DNA of 63,016 nucleotides, filler included, from Salisapilia sapeloensis CBS 127946 (lineage: Eukaryota; Protista; Oomycota), in assembly GCA_023334545.1 (NCBI GenBank). It is 10 parts of 10 records of this genome, joined end to end, with 100 filler letters (N's around TTAATTAATTAA, not from the genome) between each part and the next. Parts side by side here need not be neighbours in the genome. Positions count along the whole stretch, not along the records: positions 1 to 7,858 come from JAADVB010000506.1; positions 7,959 to 9,355 come from JAADVB010001168.1; positions 9,456 to 11,022 come from JAADVB010001106.1; positions 11,123 to 19,735 come from JAADVB010000482.1; 6 more parts are not named here. One strand, written 5' to 3'. Shown here one piece after another: positions 1 through 11,425 of the stretch (positions are counted from its first letter, which is position 1; each line of letters starts with the position of its first letter). The notes beneath the pieces were generated by a model, which saw only the letters and a program-made list of their open reading frames with translations, did not search any database and had not been told where the DNA came from. Made by a program: the position numbers and the translations under genes.

Positions 1-228
1 CCTTGTAATCGATACTGTCATCTCCCGAGTAATTTCTTCCCAGAAATTGCAAAATGTGAAACCCTTATTATTAAGCGTCCCTTCACTGCGAAACTTTATC
101 CAGTTCTAACATTACCTTGCCTCACGCGTTCTCTTGCTTGTGCTCGTAGCTCCCGTAACCGAGTACATTTGCAGAAAGCATCAGGCTAAGACATTTAGAG
201 AAAGAAAAGGATACTTTGGCGAATAGCC

Positions 229-2355
229 ATGGCTATGAGCAAACGCAATAGCGTGATTTTGATGATCACGTTCGCGACATTCCTCGCGTTCATGGACATC
301 AAGGATCTATACTACAAAATCGCAATGACAGGACCAGCGAGAACTTTGTCCTTCACATTCAACTTTATCGAGCATCCATTTGGCGTTGACCTGACCAAGT
401 TATTGCTCATAGATAAAGAACCCAGAGTCACGCCATCGAACATGTGGAACGCATTTGCTGAACGCTGTGATTCTCTTATGCCTTCGCAGCTCCTTGGCGT
501 GTCTGGTCATATTTCTTCCGTCGGCACGAATTGCACGATCGATAAGCATCTCATTGAAGGTAAGCATCTCATGATCCCCACTGTGAGCATAGATCATGTG
601 GTATGGATCGCCGGTATCATGGGCGACGTTCTACACAAACCAATGCCAAGTAAACCATACACAGCAATGATCTATGCCAACATTTATGGAGTTGCAGAAC
701 GTCAACTTCGAAGGGATCTCGCTGACACGATCAAAGAAGAAGATGCTGAGGAGCTTCTTACTCTGGCGCACGCGATATTCCGAAAAGTCGGTAGCCGCAT
801 GGATGTCTGGGACAATATGACGTGTGTTGAATTGGTATCTTTTCCGGAAGAGGGGGGATTTGTCGAGAAAAAAACACCAATCGAATATGCATGTATCTGG
901 ACGGACGATACGAACACCGAAGTTATTGACATACACATTGACGAACGCATGGGTGTCTACTTCCGGTACATGATGGAATCAGCTCATACATTTTGGCAGC
1001 AAGTGGAATTTTTTTACGTCGGTTCTTCTTACATTCGGACTGACTTACGCTGTGAAACGAAGTACTCAGTCGACAGAAGAGTGCCGTCCGTGGTCGAGGA
1101 GGAGACATACTACCATTACAACACCTGTGATGTTGCAGTCACGGGAGTCTTGTACTACCTCATGATCTTCATAGAAGTGCTAATTATCTATATCAACATT
1201 GGAGACTCGTGTACAGTTGCCTATGGCGTCGTTCAGCCTTTAATTTTAGGCAGCACCAAGTCCGTTTATTCGATCAAAAGCTCGAATAGGACGAAAAAAA
1301 CGACGATAGTCTCTTCGGCTGGTGTAGAGGAAAGTGGACGCAGCCAACATAGGGCGGAGTCAACGAAAGAAAGCGCAGCTGCAGATGATAACAAAGCCAC
1401 GAAGAATGAGGCACTGTCGAGAGTGTTGTTATACACGGATCTGAGCAGCGTCTCCTTCTACAACAAATTTCTCTGTGTGCTTATCTTCACCGACGCTTTC
1501 TTATCCTGGATTTATATTGCGCCCAATTCAACTATCTTAACTTATTCGGATGATTGGTTTCAGGTTATCAGTGCCATCCTCAGTACGTTTCGCGTGTGGC
1601 CCATCACAGTGATTTTGGTCAACTTTATTTGGCGGTACACTATCGTTTTAATGAATGAGCGCGTGGCTGCCTTGATCACAGAGCATACGTACATCACAGC
1701 ATTTGAGGCAATGACGGGGACACTGCTAGGAGTTTGGACTGAGCTGGCTGGTCTGCAAAGTATCGTCTTGATCTTGCCACGTTATAATGGGAATCGATTC
1801 GTTCAGCCAACGTTGGCAGATCCACTTGTCCCTTTTAGCATGAGTTATAGTGCATACAAATACGGAGATTTATCGTACGAATCCGAGATGATGAGTGTAT
1901 TCTTCACTCCTCTTATCAATGTCCTGGGTTACAGTATCTTATACTCCTACCTTATGCTCTTCGTCAAAGGAATCTTCTACGTCTACATGAGGAAATCTCG
2001 CAATAACTTGTCAATTGGTAAGTTTTGGCGCACTTATGAACGCAACTCGATCGAAGTGATTATGAATGACCCAATGCGTGCGAAAGCGATTGTCCGATCT
2101 CAATACCAAATGAGCTATACATTCGGACGATCAGTGTACATCAGACCTTTCGTGTACCTAGAGCAGAATTACTACATCCACGACGGTTATTTTCAACAGC
2201 GCCCAACCATTCCTTTGGTAAGTTTCGATTCGTCATCATCTAGAGCCAAAGTGAATACGAAGGCATATCAGATCGAAGGGGTTGTTCGCGATGATGAGAC
2301 GAACAAGCTTCGCAGTAAACGCAACGCCAGAGACAATCAGATTCCCCTCTCGTAA
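229..2355 (+). CDS. Uncharacterised multi-pass membrane protein (oomycete-type)
   Basis: 708-aa intronless ORF with an N-terminal hydrophobic segment and several hydrophobic helices in the C-terminal half. No family motif recognised. Confidence 0.65.
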   Translation: MAMSKRNSVILMITFATFLAFMDIKDLYYKIAMTGPARTLSFTFNFIEHPFGVDLTKLLLIDKEPRVTPSNMWNAFAERCDSLMPSQLLGVSGHISSVGTNCTIDKHLIEGKHLMIPTVSIDHVVWIAGIMGDVLHKPMPSKPYTAMIYANIYGVAERQLRRDLADTIKEEDAEELLTLAHAIFRKVGSRMDVWDNMTCVELVSFPEEGGFVEKKTPIEYACIWTDDTNTEVIDIHIDERMGVYFRYMMESAHTFWQQVEFFYVGSSYIRTDLRCETKYSVDRRVPSVVEEETYYHYNTCDVAVTGVLYYLMIFIEVLIIYINIGDSCTVAYGVVQPLILGSTKSVYSIKSSNRTKKTTIVSSAGVEESGRSQHRAESTKESAAADDNKATKNEALSRVLLYTDLSSVSFYNKFLCVLIFTDAFLSWIYIAPNSTILTYSDDWFQVISAILSTFRVWPITVILVNFIWRYTIVLMNERVAALITEHTYITAFEAMTGTLLGVWTELAGLQSIVLILPRYNGNRFVQPTLADPLVPFSMSYSAYKYGDLSYESEMMSVFFTPLINVLGYSILYSYLMLFVKGIFYVYMRKSRNNLSIGKFWRTYERNSIEVIMNDPMRAKAIVRSQYQMSYTFGRSVYIRPFVYLEQNYYIHDGYFQQRPTIPLVSFDSSSSRAKVNTKAYQIEGVVRDDETNKLRSKRNARDNQIPLS

Positions 2356-3575
2356 GCAGCTCTAAAAGGAGTTGCGACGGCGAGTCGCAACTTGACGACT
2401 TGGGCTAAGACCGTAGCTGAGATCTTCTTAGGTCAGAAGAACGAATTTGATAAATGCAACATAGCTATTCTATTCTAATTGAGTTACTCGAACAACCAAA
2501 TGCGGCAGATGTGCTGCTATGACTCTGCATGCATGTTTCCATATAAGGATTGTAACAAAGCTGTTCTTGTCTTTGCAAATTTGGCAAGGTACTAAGCCCC
2601 TGCACCCATTTAAAGCTGTATGCACACAACGTCGATCTACATGGCCGGATGCATGTGCTTTCTTTGACAGCACTTTTTCACCCAGTGGTCGGGCGTGACT
2701 GCTTGAACAAAAGGAGAAGGAACGGTCATCATTGGCGTCCTCCACGGTCTGTCGCATCGAAAGTTCGCAGTGGAAACTTCGCATCGATAAAGTAGCAGCA
2801 CATGAGAGAAATCAGACTGGATATGGCGTATAGAGCGGCATTCGGTACCAGAGTTGGTTTGACAGGATGCTTTTATCCTACTACAGCGTACGTTTGTTGC
2901 TCATTGCAAAACCGCAAATACGAAATATCACGTGTTATCGTTGCACCGAGGAGCAATCCAACCCGTCGTTCCTGGCAGTCAGTCTCTTCAGACCTTACGC
3001 TTTGAGCATACAGGGTATTGCGCTGGTGGAATCGACATGGCAAAGGTTTCAACTACGCTTGGGACCTAGCGCTCGACAATTCGTCGTCACCCATATCTCC
3101 ATGCCGATTTCCAATACACTTGTACTAAATTTCGCTCATTCTGAACCAGTTTGTCCGCTATGCGCATGATGATTTCTGGCTTTCGGAGGATTTGAAAGGG
3201 TGACCACACTGGTAACCTAGCTTTTGATATGTTTCTGTGCACTCGCTTCGAGAGCTACGCTCCCACTGTGGTCTCACGTTCTGTATACCATCCTGCTTTG
3301 AACCGACAGGTCGAGTGGCAGAAAACTACGCTGGTAAAGAGCAAGATTGCTACGAGTCGTTGGCAGGAGATATGTGTAGTAGAAGTACATCTGCCACGCT
3401 CCATGACCCGACTTTTGGCTTCCTTAACTTTTCATATTGTTCAAGCACGTAAAATCGTCCATGGCTACAAGATTGCTATGGTATGCACGTACAAGTGCAC
3501 GAAATTCCCCAACCCAGTAAGAGAAATTCTGAATGTAAATTGTATTTAATTCCTATCAAAAAGAATCATATATAT

Positions 3576-6500
3576 CTACGAAACTATCCTCCTATAGCAG
3601 CAGTTCACACGCCGCCACGTCTCCCACTTCGACACGCTTTCGATGCGATCCTTTGGTCGCCACAGTGTCAAGTCCTCGTCCAGGCCTTTGCCGTGAAGAC
3701 TGGCGCTGTCGGAAGTCCCATACTGGAGCTCCGTCTCCACCAACATCCGGCGCCCGTCTGCCGCCGCAGCCATCTTGACCACAGCCTTCCAACCTTCGTG
3801 AGTCAGTCCAAACGAGGTACTGCTCGATAACAACGGAGGCAGGACGGTTCGCTCCGAGCTCTTCTTCCACCAGTACAGCTCTAGCACCAGACGCTCCGTG
3901 GCGGTGTCGTGGTAGCACATGTAGTCGCCACCAATGTTTTGGCAGCCCCCGCCAACAAGACTCGACAAGCCGTTTGGAAACACGCGCGTGATGCGTGGTC
4001 GCCCGTCGCAGATCACCTCCATCCATCCTTCCTTGCGCTCTGGCAGCAGACTCTGTTCAGACCGGACCTACGTTCACACAAAGCTGTCAGTACCATCGTT
4101 CACCTTCGCCGCTACTCTCCAAAGATATTTAGTTCATGAGAGATAGGAAATGCACGCACCCGAAGCGTTCGCTCCGCCGTCACGTTCAGGCGCACTCGCC
4201 TCAGCTGAGACAGCGCCAGCAAAGACGACCACAGCGACATTCCACTGCCACCGACGCCTGCACCGCCAGACGCTCCGTCGTTGTTGCTGTCGTTTCCGCG
4301 CGAGCCGTCTTCTTGCAAGATCCATTCGCCGTCGAAAGGCGATATGAACGTCCGACCCATCCGCTCATCGGACGACGGCGAGGACTCGTCGGACGACGCA
4401 TCTCCTCCCAGCTGCTGTACCTGCATCTCATCCTATTAGCTACTGCCTCCTATCCTCTTGTGCACGAAATGAACATTCGCTCCATCCAACGTAAACGTAC
4501 CATGTAGTTCTCTCGCATCTGCGCCACAAAGCTTTCCCACGCACCCACCGACGGGTCCGACAGCACGCTTCGAAGTGGAGAGCGGAGGCTGGCGAAGCGG
4601 TCGTACTTGAACACGAGCATTAGCACGGCGTCGCTCAGCCACCTCGTGCTCGCTTGCTTCTTCGCGTCTGCGAATGCAAATGAGGACGATCGGTTGGCAC
4701 TTTGCTCCTCCTTCGACTCTCTCGCAGCAGCCTCGCCGCCACCTTCAGTTTCCTGGTTGTTCCTGTCTCCAGCCGCCTCTGTCCTCTCCGTGCTACTCGT
4801 GAAAGCAGCGCCGTGCTGTGGTCTGTTCACCATACCTCCCCCCTCTGCTCTCGTCATCATGTCACCCAGTGCAGTCTGCAAACGCTCACTCCACATGCTG
4901 ACCCAGTGTCCGAACGACCGACGCAGCTGCTGCTTTTCTAGCAAGGACGGCGTGTGCAGATGCAGGAACTCTCTCGCCAGCGCCAAGTTCTGCTGCGTCA
5001 TCGACCAGATAGCTACCTCCAGCAAAGGACGCAACAGCCTTTGCACGTCCGTCGCACCTAAAGCCTCGTCTCCCATCGGCTCATCCGTGCTGGTGCTGTT
5101 GTTGCTCGCTAGAGTAACGGGCGCCGACTGCGCCGTTCCTGCCGCCAAACCTGCCGAGCGTCGGTGCGAAGGCGAAGCGAGTCTGTGACTTTGTGGGTGA
5201 GGCAGGAAGCGTAGGAGCACCGACAAGTCTTCCCGAGCCTTCGGAGCTGTCGAGCTCTGGGTAGTCCCTCGGCCACCCGACCGGTCCATCGGCCCAGACT
5301 TGCTGCTTGTGGCCACCGGATCTTCCTCGTTACCAGTCTCGACGCTCGATCCGTCCCAGTGCTCTGCCAACGCCCGCTCCAAGGCACTTCGCATGACTGC
5401 GTCTTCCACGATGTGCTGCAAAGACACGTTGGACAGGAAGAAGTGGACGACAGCCAAGTCCTTGAGCTGCTCTCCGGTGCCACGGTTCTGAAACTCCCAC
5501 GAAAACTGCTCCTTCATAGATGCACTCTTCCGAGCGTCCACAGCTGGCGTGCCAGAGACACCTCTCTCGGCAGACGGAGATTGATCGTCCGACAAGACGC
5601 ATGGACAGCAGTATTCGTCCTCCATCTTCCTCTGGATCGACGGTCGTCGCCTATAAGGACTCCGGGCGCGTGGATGGCCAGAGGAAGCCGGATAGTACGA
5701 ATAGAGATGCGTCCGCCCTCGCTCTCGAGCGAGCGCACCGCCACCGCCCTCCGTCGCTCTCGGTCCGCTCTCGATGCGAGTGTCCACAGGTCGAGCGGTT
5801 GTCTGCATGGGGTAATCGTACGGAGAGAATCGGTTCTGTCGAAGCCCTGGTCTGGCGCGAGGCGACGGATGCCGGTCTTGTGGCGTATGACCACCATTGT
5901 CGTCAGGTCCGAAAGGATGGCGGTTCGTCACACTCAACTCGGCGAACCGAAGGCGATGGTGCGCTTCCCCCATCAAGGAAGCGTCGCCTTCGCCTAGTCC
6001 TTCTTGCTCGTCCCCCATCGTATCGTCCTCTCTTTCGATTGTGTCCTGCGTAGTGGACCTGTCCCCGCCCTCCACGACCATCTGCGTGTTAGCTCTAGGT
6101 AATCCTGAACGAACCGTCTCAGCGGACGACTCGGCAGCTACCTCCGGCCGAGACCTTGCTGCTCGGTCACCTGTCGTGGTCCCGGTCAGCAGGTCCGGTC
6201 GAGCCAGAGCAGTGGGCGTGGAAGCGTAGGTGCCGTCGTTCGCGCTTTCAGGAGATGATGCGTCCTTTTCCTCCTGTAGCCGATGAGACCGGAGGCCCGT
6301 GTCGGATAGAATGCTCGCAGGCGTCGACTGGTACTCTTGGAAGGCTCGACTTATCTGCTCCCGGACGATTTCCTGCAACTCTGGGTTATTCGCGCCCAAA
6401 GGGTTCGAGTAGTGCGGGATCATGCCTTCCAGAGGTGCCGTTTCATTTCCAGACCGTCGATAGGAGACGACTGTGAACGCCGGCGACTGGACGATTTCAA

Positions 6501-7508
6501 CCACCTTTTGTGTAAAAGTACAATTAGTAAAAGGCTAAGATTGAAAATCTGTGGAGGAGCGTCAAACGTACCTGCACCAGATCCGGTGCACACGACATGC
6601 CATCGCCATCGTCGTCCGGTTTGGCTCCACTCGACGACACGCGATGGAAGACGTAGGCCTTGAGCACGTGCTTTGTCAGTCGCTGCGTCTTGTTCGCGCC
6701 GCTCTCCCAGTTGTAGAACCACTTGGCATACGCCTGGCCGTTCAGAGCGAACAGCCTCGTGGAGCTGTTGGACGCGTTCGCAGAGTTCGCCCGACTGAGG
6801 TTGGTGATCACGGCGCCGGCGGGCGTGCTGGCCACGGTCTGCTGCACGCCTTCGATCCACGGCGCCTCTGGGTTCTCTTCTGTCTGACTCCCGCTTAGCA
6901 AAGAGTCGAGCGTGTAGTACTGGCCGACGTAGAGTCCCCTCGGCGCGTCCAGCGTCTCGAAGCGAGCGAACACGAACAGGTCCTGGTTCCGAGCAGCCTC
7001 TGGGTGGTCCAACTCGACCGCCACGTGGAGAGGTGAGCCGCAGTAGCTCCGATCTACGTGATGCGGACAGCAATGCGGGAAACATCTGGCCAGAGAGACG
7101 AGTTAAGCGTCGGTAAACAGTAGTGAGCCGAGGAGAAAGCATCGTACCGGAGGATCTACAGTCGGTTAGGAGGCGAAAGAGCACACGAGTGGATACGGTC
7201 AGCGGGGTGATAAGCACGAGCGAGAGTCGGGCAGGCGAACATAGAAGGAGACTTTAGTCCATCGAGTACATGGCGCCGCATACTAGGAAGAAGACGAACC
7301 TTTGTGCCGCGGTTACGGTTGCTCCTAGTAGTCCAGACGCCGACAGCGAGGCATGAAAGAAAGTGAGGTTTACAGTCAAGGACGCCGTGTCAAAAGAAGC
7401 ATTTGACGGAAATAAGGGCACGTACCGCTTGTACTCCTTCTCGAAGAGCGCCTGGTGCTGGCAATGGAGGCGCAGGAACGCGCCCGAGCAAGAGATCGTC
7501 TCCGACAT
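3576..7508 (-). CDS. Oomycete-type uncharacterised protein with N-terminal RCFPHCCP Cys/His domain; 7 exons
   Basis: Exons deduced by hand: 7508-7426, 7324-7300, 7155-7148, 7085-6572, 6504-4501, 4420-4160, 4067-3576. All introns are GT-AG with consistent phase. Splicing gives FEKEYKRSNRNRGTKILRCFPHCCPHHVDRSYCGSPLHVAVE, then LKAYVF...SPAFTVVSYRR, and a C-terminal RVFPNG...GGDY domain. This joins four separate ORFs of the track. Confidence 0.75.
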
Positions 7509-7858
7509 ACTCTGCACTGTTCAATAGCCTTATCTGATTGTTGGAAGGCCGGTCTCCAGGCAGCGCGTCAAATCGGCTGTGTCGCGCTGTCCTTCCTACA
7601 CTCGGTTTTGCTTTTTCCTGTCGACTCGGCCGCTCTATGTCTGGTAAAAGAAAACTGTCTTGGGACGGCGACGGTCGCTTCCACTTACTCGGTGGGTCCA
7701 CCGCAGCGTCTTTTGCAACGGAACCGGAAAGAAAAGATCCATACCTAGCCGCACGATTGGCCCCCGCCGGACCCGCACGCGGCGTTTCTGACCACGGCTT
7801 CCGCCTGCCTTCTCGCTCCGATCAGTGACTATTCACACGAGCAGACTCTGCTCTAGTC

Positions 7859-7958
7859 NNNNNNNNNNNNNNNNNNNNNNNNNNNNNNNNNNNNNNNNNN
7901 NNTTAATTAATTAANNNNNNNNNNNNNNNNNNNNNNNNNNNNNNNNNNNNNNNNNNNN
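7859..7958. other. Artificial contig linker
   Basis: 44 N + TTAATTAATTAA (stops in all six frames) + 44 N. Confidence 0.99.
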
Positions 7959-9209
7959 CGATGGAGGTCGATATCCGTTCATGTGCATATCTCGGATGGA
8001 TGATCTCGAGTCCGTTCGACTGCTCATCGTCCGTCCCTTCAGTAACCTCGATCGGGACAGTCGATGGATGTCGGGTGCTCGAATCGACATCTCTTGATCT
8101 TGGCACGGCACGAATTCCACACGACAAGCCTCGCCTCTCGTGCTGACATCCACTAGTCGACCGTCTTCGCGAACGCCGACGTATCTCCGGTGCTGGTTCA
8201 TGCTCTTCAGATTCCCCAGCGTCGAGTACTCCCACGTGAACCCCGTGCCACGCAGCCACCACCGCTCCTTCGCCATACTCAGCTCCCGCCGGAACGCAAA
8301 CGTCGACCGACTGAACATGAACTTGTCGGACTCTTCGTGGTAGAAACTGACCTTGACGCAGTTGTACACTTTGCTCGAACAGCACAGGCGGAACTTGGTC
8401 GGCTCCGGCGACTCCACACTATCTACAAAAGGAACGCTCGAGGAGCCCGGCAGCGGCAACACCTCCAACTGCCCGTTCTCGCTGTTCACGTGGATATAAC
8501 GCGTGTTATCCACCCGCAAGTGGACCAGCTTTCCGTCCAGCGCCACAATCTCCTCGATCACAGCTTGCGACAGCTGCTTGATGTGCTCGATCTCTCGGTT
8601 CATCGTCTCCACCGTCTCCTTCTTCATCTGACTCTCGAACGGAACCTTACCTTTCGCCCATGTCAGGTTCTGCTTGCACCACTGCTCCCCCGTCATGCAC
8701 CAGTGGGCCGCGTGCTCGCAGTTCTGCCGAAACAAATTGAACTCCCCGTAGCCCAGGCCCAGCAGGAACTTGCACCTCGCCAGCACTACCTCCGGCAGGT
8801 CCGACTTGGCCAAGTGCACTTCTCCCCACCGATTCAGGAACTCTCGGAGAGCAGATGTGTGGTACTCGACCAGCCGGAGGTTCTTCGGACTCCTCTTGTA
8901 TAAAAAGTCTGTCAGCGTAGACACGCGAAAGTGAGAGTCCGCGTGGGCCTCCCGGGTGTCCTCAAACGGGCTCCAAACGTGACAGACACGGACCTCGTCT
9001 GGCGTGTTCCCAGACGCAAAGACGATGCCGTGGTGCTGGTACGACAGCGGCCAGCGACTGTAGTCCCAAATGGCGATGTGGTCCCCAGGACGGAGCGAGT
9101 CCACCTGCTGGACTCGAGTATACACGCCACCCATCCACGACACGCTGACGGCCGCCTTGGTTGCCACGCTGTCGGACGCAGTGGACGCGTCACTCGATTC
9201 GGGCGTCAA
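7959..9209 (-). CDS. LRAT/NC (permuted NlpC/P60) domain protein with possible C-terminal fascin-like beta-trefoil; 3' end lost at contig edge
   Basis: Motifs LRPGDHI, YQHHGI, V.H and Y..FNL..QNCEH.A.WC.TG are the LRAT-family catalytic His/His/Cys signature. First ATG is at 9134, so the start is uncertain. Confidence 0.8.
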
Positions 9210-9355
9210 GAGCGAAATTCTGACCTGATTCGCAAGCGATGCGGTGGTTCAAGTGTCAGCGATTTCGCTGACCAAAGTGATCGGGAGGAGTCTCAGAGCG
9301 GGAGGGACAGAAAATGTTGACAAAAGCAGGCGGTATTCTCGCCCGCCACAATGGC

Positions 9356-9455
9356 NNNNNNNNNNNNNNNNNNNNNNNNNNNNNNNNNNNNNNNNNNNNT
9401 TAATTAATTAANNNNNNNNNNNNNNNNNNNNNNNNNNNNNNNNNNNNNNNNNNNN
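9356..9455. other. Artificial contig linker
   Basis: Same 100-nt linker. Confidence 0.99.
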
Positions 9456-11022
9456 AACCCTTCGCGTCTATTCTTCTGATAGAGTCTATGTTTTCGCTTC
9501 GGATTTCGCACTTGGTTGGAGTATGGGCGAAGGCGCCTGGGACGGCGTCGGTGGCCAGTGGCGGGCATAGCGAAAGCAAGTGAGTTGGGTCGAGCGGGGT
9601 AAGAAACCGGAGCAGGAAATAGCAGTTTAGAATCGTCTGGGAAGGCGTAACGACGGCCAGCGGATCCACGCGCACCGAAGCTGGAGGGCGCATAAGAGAG
9701 CATGAGGACGCGAGTGCGTAGACGGCAGACGCAGGACGCAGCGCCGCGGTCGTCGGCGACCGTGACGAGGCGGCACAGCGAGACGGCGGTGGCCAGTCCG
9801 ACGAGCAGGAGCGCAGGCGGTTCGACGGCAGGCGACGGTACGTCCGGGTCGGTTTCATCGACGGCCGTGTCGACAACGCCTTTGGACCCTCGGTTGATGA
9901 CGGAGCGGCAGCAGTTGGCGTTCCTATTGCGTCAGACGGCGCCGTCGTCTCCGTCGGACGAGTCCGATTCCGAGTCGGAGTCGGAGGCAGACGAAGAGGA
10001 GGAAAATCCGGATGAGGAGGACGAGGATAATCAGGACGAGGAGGAAGAGGAAGAAGAGGACTTTGACTCAGCGGTGTCGACGGTGCGTCCACTTCGCAGG
10101 AGCACTCGGCGTACGAGTGGTTCGTCCAGAGGTACGCTTCTTTTTGCTATTTTTATCATTTCGTGTGCGCATGTCCTGTCGAGTGGTCGAGTGGTCGAGT
10201 GGCTTTGTCTCTATGGTCCTACACGACCGCATCGAAGTCAAGAGACGGAATCAGTGGCTCTCGTCGCCTCGACGGAAACGCATTTGGAGGAAGAGTCTTG
10301 TACTGACGACTTTTGATCCGACAGAGAGATCGCTGAGGAGGAGCACGAGGTCGAAGCGGACGCTGAGGTCGCTGTCGCTGTCGTCGGACGTGGAGGACAA
10401 GGAGAACAAGAAGACAGGGCACGAGGGTGGTCGGAGGAGGGGCGTAGGGAGCAAGACGAGTCGTCCTGAGACAGAGAAAGAGACGAAGGAGGAAAAGGTG
10501 GAGCAGCCGCAGGTGAAGAGACGTCGGGGGAGACCTCCGAAGCGGCCTCGGGCGTCCACGACGTCGGCGCTGTCGACGGTGTCGACTTTTTCGGACAATC
10601 AGGTATCGTCGGATCGGCCGGCTCCTCCTGTGCGTCGATCGACTAGTCTGTCGTTCGGTGTGAAGAGTGGGAACCAGGAGGAGGAGGAGGCGATTGTAGG
10701 TGGAGGGAGACAGGATTCGAAGGACGAGAAGATGTCGGACAAGATGGAGGAGGAGGAAGAAGAGGACGGCAGCCACGAGACGAGTCCTTCGAGTGCGAGC
10801 GACATTCTGATGCTGCCGTCTCCGTTCTCTCACCATCCGCCGGATCGGGACGTGAGTTCGGAGGGCGGGTTCTGGCGGAACCACTGCGCTTTGTGCTGTC
10901 TGTCGTCCGGCATGCAGCAGCAGCATGCGTCGTATAGTCCGAGAGCAGAGGCCGACGTCCTCTTCCTGTGTCCTTCCTGCGACCAAAAGTACCCGACGCA
11001 GAGAGCGCTAGGGCGGGTCTGA
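9456..11022 (+). CDS. Internal fragment of a low-complexity nuclear protein with an AT-hook and the start of a C2H2-type zinc finger
   Basis: An in-phase GT-AG intron at 10132-10324 joins an acidic ORF to an ORF containing RRRGRPPKRPR (AT-hook) and FLCPSCDQKYPTQRALGR. Both ends are open at contig edges. Confidence 0.6.
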
Positions 11023-11122
11023 NNNNNNNNNNNNNNNNNNNNNNNNNNNNNNNNNNNNNNNNNNNNTTAATTAATTAANNNNNNNNNNNNNNNNNNNNNN
11101 NNNNNNNNNNNNNNNNNNNNNN
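11023..11122. other. Artificial contig linker
   Basis: Same 100-nt linker. Confidence 0.99.
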
Positions 11123-11425
11123 ATGTCGAGGCAGCGTTCGGCCCGGAAGATCTTGCAGCTCCAGGTTTCCATCGACTCGAACGGAGCTTTGGTCCTGAGG
11201 AGATGCGTGGACGACCGGTCACTTCTCCGTTCGAGCGTCGTCAGACGCGTCCACGCCGCTCGTGATTTACTCTAGACGATGATGTTGAGGTCATAATGCG
11301 AGGAAATGCGATAGGGTTGCTCGAACAGTGGAATACGGTTTCTAAAAAACTTTTGGGTGCTGATATTGATTCGAAATACGTTACAGTTGCAGTGGATAGT
11401 TTTGTGAAGTTTTGCAAAGTCCATT

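Noticed and set aside
2470-2784. Short ORF with slight ankyrin-like flavour (ASGHVD...ALNGC)
   Set aside because: One poor repeat match, within chance.
4607-6476. Many long antisense and overlapping ORFs (also around 10219-10986, 15702-16843, 22168-23401 and 43919-45290)
   Set aside because: Shadow ORFs opposite GC-rich, codon-biased genes; no recognisable motifs.
7903-7914. Recurrent palindrome TTAATTAATTAA flanked by N runs (nine copies)
   Set aside because: Artificial six-frame-stop linker. ORFs containing X runs or ending in LIN are artefacts, and neighbourhood across linkers has no biological meaning.
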